64,000 nt of DNA from Eledone cirrhosa (Eukaryota), in contig OZ024744.1 of the NCBI GenBank assembly GCA_964016885.1, positions 112,158,001 to 112,222,000 of the forward strand, given 5' to 3'. The notes beneath the pieces were generated by a model, which was not told the DNA's origin, did not search any database, and worked only from the letters and a program-made list of their open reading frames with translations. This document shows, one piece after another, positions 1 through 12,888 of this stretch (position 1 is its first letter; every line of letters starts with the position of its first letter). A program made the translations under genes and the position numbers.

Positions 1-8
1 GACAGGTT

Positions 9-243
9 GTCATACATACATACATACATACATACACACATACACACATACATACACACACATATACACATACAAACATACATATATACACACATACATA
101 CATACACACATACACACACACACTTACATACACATGCACACACATACATACGCACATACATACATACACACATATACATACACACATACATACATATACA
201 CACACACAAATACATACATATACACACACAAATACATACATAT

Positions 244-276
<33 letters not shown>

Positions 277-335
277 CATACACACATAATGCATACATAC
301 ACACATGTACATATAGATTCATACAGGTGCATACA
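9..335. repeat. (CA/TA/CATA)n compound microsatellite
   Basis: Direct reading; the ORFs here are HT/YI low-complexity artefacts. Confidence 0.95.
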
Positions 336-365
336 TATTTAATAAAGAGTAGTTTTAGTTGTCAT

Positions 366-2665
366 TGTTAGATGAGGTAACGAGGTTATTAGAAGAAATA
401 ACAAGAATAGCTGATTTACTTCATATAAAAAGGTTTACTTCACTTCAGTCAAAAAGAACAATAATCAAGTTACCACGAGCAACGAAGGTTGACAATGTTA
501 TTTTGTGGTTGATATGAAAACAGCGAGCGACTAGATAAAGTTTGTTGGTGGTTGCAGTCCGTGGTAGTAGTTCTCGTCGTAAGTCCGAGACCGAGAGAGA
601 GAGTAATGGTTTGTAGTTGACTGTAGACCACTGTGGCCTGAAGGTAGCGGTGATCTTTACATAGCTTGTTGCTAGCGTACTGCTCCTATCTCTCTGTATA
701 TCTGTAGACCACTGTGGCCTGAAGGTAGCGGTGATCTTTACATAGCTTGTAATAGCGTACTGCTCCTATCTCTCTGTATGTCTGTAGACCTCTGTGGCCA
801 GTAGATAGTGGTGAATCTTTCACATAGCTTGTAATAGCGTACTGCTCCTATCTCTCTGTATGTCTGTAGACCTCTGTGGCCAGTAGATAGTGGTGAATCT
901 TTCACATAGCTTGTAATAGCGTACTGCTCCTATCTCTCTGTATGTCTGTAGACCTCTGTGGCCTGTAGATAGCAGTGAATCTTTCACATAGCTTGTTGCT
1001 AGCGTACTGCTCCTATCTCTCTGTATGTCTGTAGACCTCTGGGGCCTGTAGATAGGGGTGAATCTTTCACATAGCTTGTAATAGCGTACTGCTCCTATCT
1101 CTCTGTATGTCTGTAGACCTCTGTCGCCTGTAGATAGCAGTGAATCTTTCACATAGCTTGTAATAGCGTACTGCTCCTATCTCTCTGTATGTCTGTAGAC
1201 CTCTGTGGCCTGTAGAAAGCGGTGAACCTTTCACATAGCTTGTAATAGCGTACTGCTCCCATCTCTCTGTATGACTGTACACCTCTGTGGCCTGTAGATA
1301 GGGGTGAATCTTTCACATAGCTTGTAATAGCGTACTGCTCCTATCTCTCTGTATGACTGTAGACCTCTGTGGCTTGTAGATAGCAGTGAATCTTTCACAT
1401 AGCTTGTAATAGCGTACTGCTCCTATCTCTCTGTATGTCTGTAGACCTCTGTCGCCTGTAGATAGCAGTGAATCTTTCACATAGCTTGTAATAGCGTACT
1501 GCTCCTATCTCTCTGTATGTCTGTAGACCTCTGTGGCCTGTAGATAGCGGTGAGTCTTTCACATAGCTTGTAATAGCGTACTGCTCCTATCTCTCTGTAT
1601 GTCTGTAGACCTCTGTGGTCTGTAGATAGCAGTGAATCTTTCACATAGCTTGTAATAGCGTACTGCTCCTATCTCTCTGTATGTCTGTAGACCTCTGTGG
1701 TCTGTAGATAGCAGTGAATCTTTCACATAGCTTGTAATAGCGTACTGCTCCTATCTCTCTGTATGTCTGTAGACCTCTGTGGCCTGTATATAGCAGTGAA
1801 TCTTTCACATAGCTTGTAATAGCGTACTGCTCCTATCTCTCTGTATGTCTGTAGACCTCTGTGGCCTGTATATAGCAGTGAATCTTTCACATAGCTTGTA
1901 ATAGCGTACTGCTCCTATCTCTCTGTATGTCTGTAGACCTCTGTGGTCTGTAGATAGCAGTGAATCTTTCACATAGCTTGTAATAGCGTACTGCTCCTAT
2001 CTCTCTGTATGTCTGTAGACCTTGGCTGTGGTCTGTAGATAGCAGTGAATCTTTCACATAGCTTGTAATAGCGTACTGCTCCTATCTCTCTGTATGTCTG
2101 TAGACCTCTGTGGCCTGTAGATAGCAGTGAATCTTTCACATAGCTTGTAATAGCGTACTGCTCCTATCTCTCTGTATGTCTGTAGACCTCTGTGGCCTGT
2201 AGATAGCAGTGAATCTTTCACATAGCTTGTAATAGCGTACTGCTCCTATCTCTCTGTATGTCTGTAGACCTCTGTGGCCTGTAGATAGCAGTGAATCTTT
2301 CACATAGCTTGTAATAGCGTACTGCTCCTATCTCTCTGTATGTCTGTAGACCTCTGTGGTCTGTAGATAGCAGTGAATCTTTCACATAGCTTGTAATAGC
2401 GTACTGCTCCTATCTCTCTGTATGTCTGTAGACCTCTGTGGTCTGTAGATAGCGGTGAATCTTTCACATAGCTTGTCTGTATCGTGGTGCTCCAATCTCT
2501 CTGTATAAACGTGGGATGATATAGGCTTTATATACCTGTTGCTTTCTGTCTCCCACCTTGAGGGGATAGCCCACGCATGAACCTGTTCACACCAAAAGGG
2601 TGGTGACCTAGAGTTTGACCTTTAGGTATCACCCAAGGTTCAAGAAGTGGACAGATCTTGCTACA
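366..2665 (-). mobile_element. possible solo-LTR-like element containing the 82-bp array
   Basis: Minus strand starts TGTAG at 2665 and ends CTAACA at 366; TATA-like gtatataaa near 2527-2535; no clean target-site duplication (TSD). Confidence 0.25.
621..2476. repeat. 82-bp tandem minisatellite, about 22 copies
   Basis: Unit tctgtagacctctgtggcctgtagatagcagtgaatctttcacatagcttgtaatagcgtactgctcctatctctctgtatg recurs at 781, 863 and onward. Confidence 0.95.
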
Positions 2666-2990
2666 CATACACACATACACATACACACACACATACATAC
2701 AAATATACATACATACATACATACATACATACATACACACATATATATATACATACATACCCACACATACATACCGTGCATACATACACACATACATATA
2801 CATATGCACATACATACATACACACATACATACACACACATACATACACACACATATATATACATACACACCCGTATATCTCTATATACATACAGATATA
2901 TATATACACACATGCATACATTCACCCATACACACATGTGCATGGATATATCTCTTTCCCCACCAAACAGTATATATTCATACATATATA
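2664..2990. repeat. (CA/CATA)n microsatellite
   Basis: Direct reading. Confidence 0.9.
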
Positions 2991-3189
2991 CTGAAGTATT
3001 TAAGTTCATATATACATTTGTGGGGTGGGGGAGAATTAGTGAAATGGTAGTGAACCTCCGAGGGTTATCCTCTTCAACGATCGAATGTTTGAAAGTGTGG
3101 GTGTCATCAACTTCTATTTGGATACTTTTTTTCAATATGCAATTTTTAATATAAAACCTATTACTGGAAGATGAAATATCAGGGGATCT

Positions 3190-4485
3190 GGGTTCTGTTT
3201 TCTCTTCTACTTACTAGGACCTTAGTCTTTGTCAGGTTGACTTAAAGACCCCTTCTTTCTAGGCCCTGTTTCCATGTTTGGAATTTCTTCTCTAGATCCA
3301 CCATACATTTAGCTATAAGTGTAAGATCATCCATGTTCAGAAGTTCCCATGGGCAGCCAGTCTTAAACTCCTCTGTTATAGCCTGCAATACTATAATAAA
3401 CAGGAGAGGGCTAAGAACAGACCCTGGTGGACACCGACCTGTATGCTAAATTCCTCGCTATAGTCATTGCTAACCCTAACTTTGCTGACTGCTCCCCTAT
3501 ACATGGCTTGTACAGCCTCCACAAGCCATTTATCTACTCCTAGTTTTCTAAGAGCCCACCAGATTATAGCACGGGGCACTCTGTCAAAGGCTTTCTTCAG
3601 ATCAACAAATACCATGTAGAGAGGCTTACTTTTAGCTAGGTAATTTTACTGTAATTGCCTCATCAGGAAGAGAGCATCAGTGGTGCTTTTGTCTGGCACA
3701 AACCCAAACTGCATCTCATCTAGATTTACTCTGTCCCTAATCAATTGTGCTATACCTCTCTCTGTAACTTTCATGACCTAGTCCATCAGCTTTATAGCTC
3801 TATCGTTACCTCTATCTAGTGCATCTCCTTTACGTTTGTAGCAGTTGACAATGAAGCTGCTGCACCAATCCTTTGGTATGACACCCTCTAGTATTACCTG
3901 GTTAACAATTCGTGTGGTTATGGTATGACCTACCAACCCAGATGCTTTCAGCATCTCGGCAGCTATACCCAATGGACCGGTTGCCTTCCCAGTCTTCATA
4001 TCTTTAATTGCCTTACTATACTGCTGGGCCCTCTATAGGGTCCACTTGGAGTAGGGTCTCTTTCTCCCATGCATTCTCCTCATTCAGTAATCTTTCTTAA
4101 TGGCTCTTCCATGCAGCTTTCTTCTCGGCACTTGTGAGGGCAAGCTCACTTTTATCATTCCAGATACACTTCTCTCCAATGACATCACAATTTTCTCTGA
4201 CACACTGCCTTGCAATCCTGAACACCTCCTGTTTCTGGTCCTCACACAGCAAAACATGCTTGAATTTTCTATCCTCCACTTCCCTTCTAGCTAAGTATAC
4301 TTGTCGCCTAGCTTCTCTCCTGGTCTCTATATAAAGTCTGAGTTTTATGATTCTCAAATTCACCTTGTTCACAGAGATTAACTTATCTACCCATTTATCA
4401 GCTAATAGTATACCTACACCACTCAAACCATTGTCACTTCCCACCCAGAAAAATTTGTAGCACTGTTTTTTTTGCCTTTGTAAGA
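3190..4485 (-). pseudogene. degraded RTE-clade LINE fragment (APE remnant plus RT)
   Basis: Minus-strand ORFs FVDLKKAFDRVPR, GVHQG, GKATGPLGIAAEMLKA, GVGILLADKW; homologous to 28827-31890; stops and an internal deletion. Confidence 0.9.
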
Positions 4486-4987
4486 TAGATAGCCATCATG
4501 GTGTATATCTTCACTGAAGATTTGGTGGTGGTGTTGGTGGTGGTGGGGGGGGGGGGGGGGGGGGGGGGGAATAAGCAGATAGAAACAGGCATATTCAACA
4601 AGGCTAATGTTTGAGAGAATTTTGAAAAACAGCCATCCACTAAATGAGTAGAGGGAGCAAGATGAATTGTTCAAATAGGTAGCTAGATAGATAAAGTGGT
4701 TTATTTCGAAAATAAACACTTGGGAAAACAAATATATACAATAATAAAAATGATAGTAATAAATGGAAAATATCACTATAGCATCATAATTTATTTCATT
4801 ATATATATATATATATCAAGGATACTAATTTATAGTATGCTTCCATCAGATAAAATACAATATTTGATGTATAAGATAGTGACATACTCCCAAAAATAGA
4901 CCTCATACAGACAACATGCCTATTTTAGTTGACCCGTAACAGGTCTATTTTGTGGGGGTATGTCACTATCTTATACATCAAATATTG

Positions 4988-5250
4988 TATTTTATCTGAT
5001 GAAAGCATACTATAAATCAGTATCCTTGAAATATATATAATTGTTTCTACTTTTGGCACAAGGCCAGCAATTACCAAGTGCATTACTGGTACTATATTTT
5101 ATCGACCCCGTAAGGATGAAAGGCAAAGTTAACCTTGGCGGGATTTGAACTCAGAATGGCAAGGGCTGTAACTCTATGCGTCAAAGCATGGCATCCGACC
5201 CTCTACCGATACTGCCAATACCCCGCCTTTGAAATATATATAATGAAATA
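4988..5250 (+). ncRNA. type I hammerhead ribozyme motif split by a SINE insertion
   Basis: tattttat-CTGATGA(4996)-aagcatact/agtatcctt stem II-GAAA-tatata-TA-[SINE]-atgaaata. Confidence 0.7.
5042..5228 (-). mobile_element. tRNA-derived SINE family 1 with about 16-bp TSD
   Basis: A-box tggcagtatcgg, B-box gagttcaaatccc, core ctttgcctttcatccttacggggtcgataaaa; TSD ttgaaatatatataat on both sides. Confidence 0.9.
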
Positions 5251-5308
5251 AATGATGATGCTATAGTGATATTTTCCATTTATTACTATTATTATCATAA
5301 TACTCCAA

Positions 5309-5461
5309 GCTTTGCAGCATGGAGTTACGGGCCTTTACGATCTGAGTTCAAATCCCGCTGAGGTTAACTTTGCCTTTCATCCTTACGGGGTCAATAAAAT
5401 AAAGTACCAGTAATGCACTGGGATAATTTCTGGCCTTGTGCCAAAAGTAGAAACAATTATT
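5309..5461 (+). mobile_element. SINE family 1, 5'-truncated, TSD ataatactccaa
   Basis: Same core and 3' tail; flanking direct repeat. Confidence 0.85.
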
Positions 5462-5600
5462 ATAATACTCCAAATAAAATTTCCTTGTAGAGTGCTTCAT
5501 ATCTATTATAAACATAACTTTGTTGAATACTTAACAAAACATATAACTCATTGTTTATATATATATACCCACAAACTCCCTTCAACATATTTATCTATAT

Positions 5601-7392
5601 AGGGTTGACCATCGTTACCTGGATGCAGTGCTCGAGGCGGCAGGCTTCGGACCCGTGTTCAGGGGCTGGATTGCTGCAATGCACAACAGCAACATCCGCT
5701 CAAGGGTCAAGGTGAACGGCTACCTCTCGGAGCCATTCCATATCACGCGATCCATTCGACAGGGATGCCCTCTCTCCTCCCTTCTGTACGTACTGACTCT
5801 CGAGCCACTACTGCAGAAGTTGGGGCTATTGCAGGGCATCCATTTGGAACCGGGACTGCGAAAAGCGGTGTCGGCCTACGCCAACGACGTGACAGTAATG
5901 GTGTCGAGCGCCTCGCAAATCGGGGAGGTCGGCACCTTACTGAAGGAATAGGAAAGGTTCACAGGAGCGAAGCTGAACCAGGACAAATCCGTCGGTTTGG
6001 AACTCGGATCGTGGAGAGGCAAACCGATGCCTTCCGATGGCGTCGTCGGACGCTGGACGGAAGGACCAGTAAAGCTGCTCGGGGTCTGGTTTGGTCCGGA
6101 CCTCCAGGTGGAGAAGAACTGGAACGAGGTGTCGGCCAAGGTGTTTGCACTCACCCAGAAGTGGGCCGAGTGCAAACTATCCTTGAAAGGTCGAGCGGAG
6201 GTTGCGAACACTTTTATAGCGTCCGTCATCTATTACCGCTTGACCGTCGTGCCTTGTCCAGCCAAAACGCTCACCGAAATGGAGCGCGCGATCTTCCAAT
6301 TACTTTGGAAGAAACGGGCTCCTTTGGTGAGAAGATCCATCTGCTGCCAACACCCTTCAAACGGAGGGCTGGGGATGCCGTGGCTGATGATGCGCAAACA
6401 CGTGCTCAGGCTGCGGCACCTCCATGTATTCCTCACCGGACAACCGGTGTGGGCCCCGTTCGTGAGGCGAGCCTTCCCACGACTCTTCTTGCTGATCGAG
6501 CTGCAGTCCTGGGTCAAGCAAAGACCGAGGAAAATGGGCGACTGGCACATCAAATGTGCTCAGGCGCTCACAGTGCTCTGGCCAGTCTGTTCGGAAGGAC
6601 CTTCCGCCCGAGACCGATGGACAACTTCCAAAAGTCCCTGGCCTGGCAGTGCTACCGAGGAAATCTACCAGTTCAAGACAAGCTCTACAGACACGGGCGC
6701 CCAGGCAGAGACCCTTCGAAAAAGATCTGTTCGAGATGTGTGCGCGACGAGGAAACCGTTGCGCATGCATTTGTACACTGCCCGGGTGTTACCGACCTGT
6801 GGGGCTATGTAGAACGACTATTGTCGCGGGTGGGACCAATCGAGTTGACCACCGAGTTCATTGTCATGATCAAACCACCACCCCCCTTCAAAAACGAAAG
6901 AGAGGCGGATTTCCTATGTGTTATGGCTATGGTGAAAGAGGTTATATGGTGGATGAGGTTAAAAGGGCTGAGGTCAGACACCTTTCTCTCCGGTGAACAA
7001 CTGATTTGTTTTTTCAAATATCATTTTGGAAGAAGAATCAGGATGGAGAGAGAGGTGCTGTACCCCAGCAAGTTTTATAAAAGGTGGGTGAATGTGGCAA
7101 AGATGGCCCGAGTGGTTGGGCCTTCTCTCTATATAAGCCTGTAGCTTGAGGAAAAATAGGAAGAGAGGAAGGGAGTACTCACTCTTGGTGCTCCTGGAGA
7201 TGAGGGTTGTACATTTTTTGGGGGTGTGTACAACCCCTGTGTAACGCCTCCCCCCTATTGGGGATTTCAATTGCTATTTGTTATTTTATTAATAGTTTTA
7301 TTTTCATATACCTGTATGTAAACTCCCCATTTGTATTTGTCCCCTTCTTTTGTGCCCTTGTGGCTAATAAAGATATCTATCTATCTATCTAT
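5601..7392 (+). pseudogene. 5'-truncated Tx1/L1-clade non-LTR retrotransposon (RT C-terminus plus zf-RVT)
   Basis: RQGCPLSSLLYVL, AYANDVTV, GGLGMP, CSRCVRDEETVAHAFVHC; in-frame stop and frameshift; ends aataaa plus (tatc)n tail. Confidence 0.88.
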
Positions 7393-8085
7393 CATCAACC
7401 CACCCATGTGTATGTAACTCTCTCTATCATCACCTCTTCCCTTAGTCTAATTGAAGAAGACCGAATGACACAATCCACGGCTAATTAACACAGGAAAGAA
7501 AGTATTTTTATGTATAAAAATTGAAAGTTTCGTCATTACAGGACTGTATCATCATCAGTAGCAGAGATTCCATGGGTTTGTGTGTGGGTTCCATTTGGGA
7601 TAATCTGACTTTCTTTTGTCTTTTGAATTGATGTGTGTAAACATCTGTATATTGATGTGGATGTGTGTGCATGTGTGTGTGTATGGATGATGTTTGGAAA
7701 TCTTGTGCTAGGTGCCAAAAAGTTTTAGGTTCACAAAAGTACCATAATATTTTCTGCACTGGAACCATTACAACATGTGTGTGTGTGTGTAACCATATAC
7801 AGACAATCACACACATATAATTTAGGATTCTTTGTTTTCACTAAATATCATACCAGTGAGTGCAAGATGTAACAAAATATTGACAAAAAAAAAAAAAATT
7901 AAATAAACATTCTTAGTGAAATAAAATTGCAGCAAAGTGCCAGGTTTGGCATGAGAAGCAAACTCCAAAATTTATAGAAATCTTTGTAACAATATACATA
8001 TGTTTAAAGAACAATTGTTTTATAATTAAATTAAGAGGGTTGAGAGTTAGAATGGGATGAAAAAAATCATATTAACTATCTTTAA

Positions 8086-8524
8086 CCCTTTATATACCAA
8101 CCCTTCTGAAATAAACCCTAACCCTGTTGAAAACAACCCATTCAAGACCATCCCTAGTTTTACTATTAAACCTCCCATTTTAAAATGTTCATATCTAAAT
8201 TAAAATTGGCCATCATAATTCTATTTTGTTCTAAACACTGGCCTAATCTTTTTGATACTATCCCAACAAAAACCATCAATTGTAAAGAGTCCCCATTGAA
8301 ATGAAGATTTTCCAACATACTTTGACATAAGAATCATATATCGAATTACATTTTAATAATAAAATAATTCAAATAGAGTGTATTTAATAAGAAATACATC
8401 GACAAAAGTGTTAATGTCAAAAGTACTTTACTAAATCAATGTAAGTCTTTGGTTATTTTTAAAATAAAAAAAATATATATATACATAGGCAGTCTAATTC
8501 TGTGAAAATGTAGTGATGAAAGGG
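8086..8524. mobile_element. putative piggyBac-like MITE
   Basis: ttaa|CCCTTT ... AAAGGG|ttaa termini with TTAA duplication; no ORF. Confidence 0.45.
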
Positions 8525-9378
8525 TTAAAGATCTTAACTACATTCTCATTATAATATCAGTGATATTGTAAAGTTTCAGTTGGACAAGCCCAACATAATT
8601 ATAGTTTCGTAACACAGAGGAGGGAAACAATAATATCGACCCTAAAACTTAACTGATACTTTCCTTCCTTTAAGCAAGGGTAGATTAAGCTTGTATGGAG
8701 CCCATGGCTGAACATTTCACTAGGGTCATTGTGTATTATTTATCATAGCACAAACATTTATATGGGGTCACTTTAAATATTGTAGGGCTCTTGGCTGAAC
8801 ACTTCACCTGGTCCACATGTATATTATATTATATTTTACATATAAACATTTGAAAAGGTGTGAGGTTCACCTGTTGCTACCACCTGATTAACAATCATGA
8901 AAGGTTTAAAGATTTATCCCATTGACCCCAGTGCATTACTGGTACTTTATTTTATCGACCCCGTAAGGATGAAACTAACCTTGGCAGGATTTGAACCAAG
9001 GTTAGCTTTGCATTTCATCTGCCACTCCTAACTAACTAAGGTGTCATTGGTCAATATAGTATAATGACAGTGTGTTGAATTAGTCAAGAGTTAGTGTTGA
9101 CTTATATGAATGAAATAAAGGTAAAGTAAAAATGAGGCTGGAGATAGATGATAGATGATGATTAAGTAAACGAGGAATACATCACATCACAACATCACAT
9201 CACAAACATAAAATAAATGGTACACAATAAAGGGCTGAGAAAAAAATTGAAGAACAAAAAAACCTGAAGAACGACACTGTGGGGTGTGTGGAAAGACATA
9301 AGATTAGACTCTACCAATGCATAATATCTCACAAAATTGGTAGTGGTACGGCCATATAGAATACTCTAAGAAACATAA

Positions 9379-9562
9379 CTGTTTCTACTATTGGCACAAG
9401 GCCAGAAATTACCCAGTACATTACTGGTACTTTATTTTATCGACCCCCGTAAGGATGAAAGGCAAAGTTAACCTCGGCGGGATTTGAACTCAGAATGGCA
9501 AGGGCCGTAACTCTATGCATCAAAGCATGGCGTCCGAACCTCTACCGATACTGCCAATCCAC
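9379..9562 (-). mobile_element. SINE family 1
   Basis: Full family consensus; flanked by a repeated catactctaagaaacataa-like TSD. Confidence 0.9.
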
Positions 9563-10094
9563 CCCCACCCCCCACCCCCGCCCATACTCTAAGAAACATA
9601 ATAGAATCATATTTTCAACAAGGAATTGATGAAATGAGGGAAACCCAATGAGATGTAAGGTGTAAGTCCTATTGTAATGTTACTGTAGCCCTAGGATAAG
9701 GTTAGAGATTAAAGGAGACAAAATGAGATAGAAGGGGTAGGGATGGTCCATCTAGAACACTAGGAGGCAGATTACTAACCATATAGCTCGAGGAAAGTGA
9801 TAATGTTGATGATAATGATGATCATGGTGGTGGTGGAATCAACCAAAATGGCATAGAATTTATTTTCGAGTCATGTTACACCAAAAAATAGACACACATA
9901 TATAAATATATATATATATGCATATACATATATAATATATAAGATTGAAATAGATAGAAGGCTAAACAATGCAAAATGGACTATAAGATGAGGTAATTAA
10001 AAGTAAGTTACATGGTAATCTTTTTTTTTTTTTTTTTTTTTTTTTTTTGTTCTTTCTTCTGACCAATATTTCGAGACCTAAAAGTCCCTTCTTT

Positions 10095-10229
10095 GGGGTT
10101 TGAGGAACTTTCAGGAGACAATGTTCCAATTTCCTCTCTTTGAAAAAGACTTCAAAAAATGTTAATCAAAATCTAATCCCAAAGAGAGGAAATTGAAACA
10201 TTATCCACTGAAAGTTCCTTAAACCCAAA
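10095..10229. repeat. imperfect inverted repeat, about 50-bp arms
   Basis: ggggtttgaggaactttcag...tcctctctttg versus caaagagaggaaattg...ctgaaagttccttaaaccc. Confidence 0.75.
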
Positions 10230-10291
10230 CTACAACATTTTATATCTATATGTATATATCTCTATATCAATATATATATATATATATATAT

Positions 10292-10470
10292 AACCATATA
10301 GACAATAACTCACCAGACTACTGGATACATAGGGTAGTAGAGTGGGTAATAGGAAAAAGAGTTAGGACTCCGACAGCTAAGCTCTGGCCATTTCGACAGC
10401 TAGATCCGAACTGTTGGGATCGAGCCGTCTAAGTGGCCAGAGCTCAGCCATCAGGCTTACTCTTTATCCT
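10292..10470 (-). mobile_element. hairpin element family C, copy 1
   Basis: Homologous to 10529-10729 and 47738-47938; internal palindrome; flanked by (TA)n. Confidence 0.75.
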
Positions 10471-10528
10471 ATATATATATATATACAAACACACATACTC
10501 ACAATATATATATATATATATATATATA

Positions 10529-10727
10529 GGAACCAGTAAGACCCCGACAGCTGAGCTCAAGCCGTTTCGACGGCTAATTCTGGACTAATTAGTCCAGAAT
10601 TAGCCGTCGAAACGGCTCGAACTCAGCTGTCGGGGTCTTACTGGTTCCTATTACCCACTCTACTACCTCAAGTATTGAGTACTTTGGTGCGTTATGGTCC
10701 ACCTGGTTCCTTACCACATTTCCTTCG

Positions 10728-10729
<2 letters not shown>
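10529..10729 (+). mobile_element. hairpin element family C, copy 2
   Basis: Near-perfect palindrome 10529-10650, then tail ...gtattgagtactttggtgcgttatggtccacctggttccttaccacatttccttcgtta into (TA)n. Confidence 0.8.
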
Positions 10730-10762
<33 letters not shown>

Positions 10763-10764
10763 TA

Positions 10765-10978
10765 AATTAGCGAGAATCGTATTTCAGCTCAGGAATTAAC
10801 GAAAAACAACTTCCAAGATGTGTGGCAAGTGCTCGATGATTCATGTGAATCAGAGCTAAAACATACGTTAAAGGCCAAACACAGTGAGATGGTGGTTAAA
10901 CCAATCATCTGCACAGCCAAAAAAAAAACGACCAAGTAATTCGGGTCAAACAATAAAAATTTATGTGATTGAAAAATA
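10765..10978 (+). repeat. interspersed repeat (inverted homolog at 24078-24289)
   Basis: Shared gcgagaatcgtatttc...cgttaaaggccaaacaca...cgaccaagtaattcgggtcaaaca; both copies are next to (TA)n. Confidence 0.8.
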
Positions 10979-10983
10979 TATGC

Positions 10984-11145
10984 AAAGTGGTTGTGGAGGT
11001 GCCACGGAAAAAAAGCACCCAGCACTCACTGTAAATAAGGTTGGTGTTAGGAAGGGCATCCAGCTGTAGAAATCAAGCCAGAATCAGTTCCCGTCCCACC
11101 CTTGCAAGCAGGGAAAAAGTGGACGTAAAATGAAATGATGAAAAA
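10984..11145 (+). mobile_element. 3' part of SINE family 2 (RTE tail)
   Basis: Matches 19710-19870. Confidence 0.85.
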
Positions 11146-11159
11146 TAATGATATATATA

Positions 11160-11335
11160 TATATTGTTATACTTGGGGAGAGTCGTATTGTTGTAATAAT
11201 ATTGCCAGAAATAATAACAGAACACACTCACTGTTTGGTTGGTTTTCACTTCTGTATCTTTTATATCTCCATAGTTAAGTCATTTGGCAATCAACGTTTA
11301 CCATTGACTGACCAACGGTTAAAAATACAGACATA
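11160..11335. repeat. interspersed repeat (copies at 60462-60680 and 55892-56015)
   Basis: atattgttatacttgggga...aacacactcactgtttggttgg shared between copies. Confidence 0.8.
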
Positions 11336-11403
11336 ATTATAGTCTCTCAGGGAGGAAACAATAGTATCACTGATGTCACACAGGTGTGTGATGAAAGAAC
11401 TTT

Positions 11404-12888
11404 GTACTATACTATACTATACCATACTGTACAATACTATACTGTACTGTACTGTACTGTACTATACTATACTATTCTGTACTGTACTATACTATACTGC
11501 ATTGTACTAAACTGTACTGTACTGTACTGTAATATACTATGCTGTACTGTACTGTACTATACTATACTGTACTATACTATAATGTAATGTACTATACCGT
11601 ACTATACAGTACTATACTGTACTGTACTATACTATACCATACTGTACAATACTATACTGTACTGTACTGTACTGTACTATACTATTCTGTACTGCATTGT
11701 ACTAAACTGTACTGTACTGTACTGTAATATACTATGCTGTACTGTACTGTACTATACTATACTGTACTATACTATAATGTACTATACCGTACTATACAGT
11801 ACTATACTGTACTGTACTGTACTATACTATACTATACTGTACTGTACTATAGTGTACCGTACTATAGTGTACTATACTGTACTATACTATACCGTACTAT
11901 AGTGTACTATACTGTACTATACTATACTGTACTAAACTGTACTGTACTATACTATACTGTACTGTACTATACTATACTGTACTATACTATACTGTACTAT
12001 ATTGTACTATACTGTACTGTACTATATTGTACTGTACTATACTGTACTATACTGTACTATACTATACTCTACTATAGTGTAGTGTACTCTACTATACTGT
12101 ACTGTATTGTATTATACTATACTGTACTATACTATACCACACTACTATACTATACCATACTATACTATACTATAATGTACTATACTGTACTGTACTATAC
12201 TGTACTATACTATACTATACTGTACTATACTGTACTGTACTATACTATACTATACTGTACTGTACTATACTATACTGTACTGTACTATACTATACTGTAC
12301 TATACTATAATGTACTATACTGTACTGTACTATACCGTACTATACTATACTATACTGTACTGTACTATACTGTACTGTACTGTACTATACTGTACTGTAC
12401 TGTACTATACTGTACTATACTATAATGTACTATACTGTACTATACTATACTGTACTATACTCTCTACTATAGTGTAGTGTACTATACTATACTATACTGT
12501 ACTATACTGTACTATACTATACTGTAGTATACTGTACTATACTATACTGTAGTATACTGTACTATACTATACTGTATTGTACTGTATTGTACTAAACTGT
12601 ACTATACTATACTCTACTATAATATAGTGTACTCTACTATAATATACTGTACTATACTGTACTATACTATACTATACTGTACTGTACTATACTATAATGT
12701 ACTATACTGTACTGTACTATACCGTACTATACTATACTATACTATACTATACTGTACTATACTATACTCTACTATAGTGTAGTGTACTCTACTATACTAT
12801 ACTGTACTATACTATACTGTATTGTACTATACTATAATATACTATACTGTACTATACTACACTGTACTATACTGTACTATACTGTATT
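11404..12888. repeat. (ACTAT/ACTGT)n pentanucleotide satellite, about 1.5 kb
   Basis: Direct reading. Confidence 0.95.

Larger units (their letters stand above)
4749..5553 (+). mobile_element. fold-back hammerhead-bearing element (family A) interrupted by two SINEs
   Basis: 4749-4903 is the inverted complement of 4940-5040 plus 5231-5298; 3' extension 5462-5553 resembles 23962-24057. Confidence 0.75.

Noticed and set aside
621-2476. CRISPR-like array
   Set aside because: Units are contiguous with no unique spacers; eukaryotic context and no cas genes. The same applies to the 40-bp and 51-bp arrays.
7520-7562. Minus-strand CTGATGA...GAAAC hammerhead-like string
   Set aside because: No stem I or stem III pairing can be formed; likely chance
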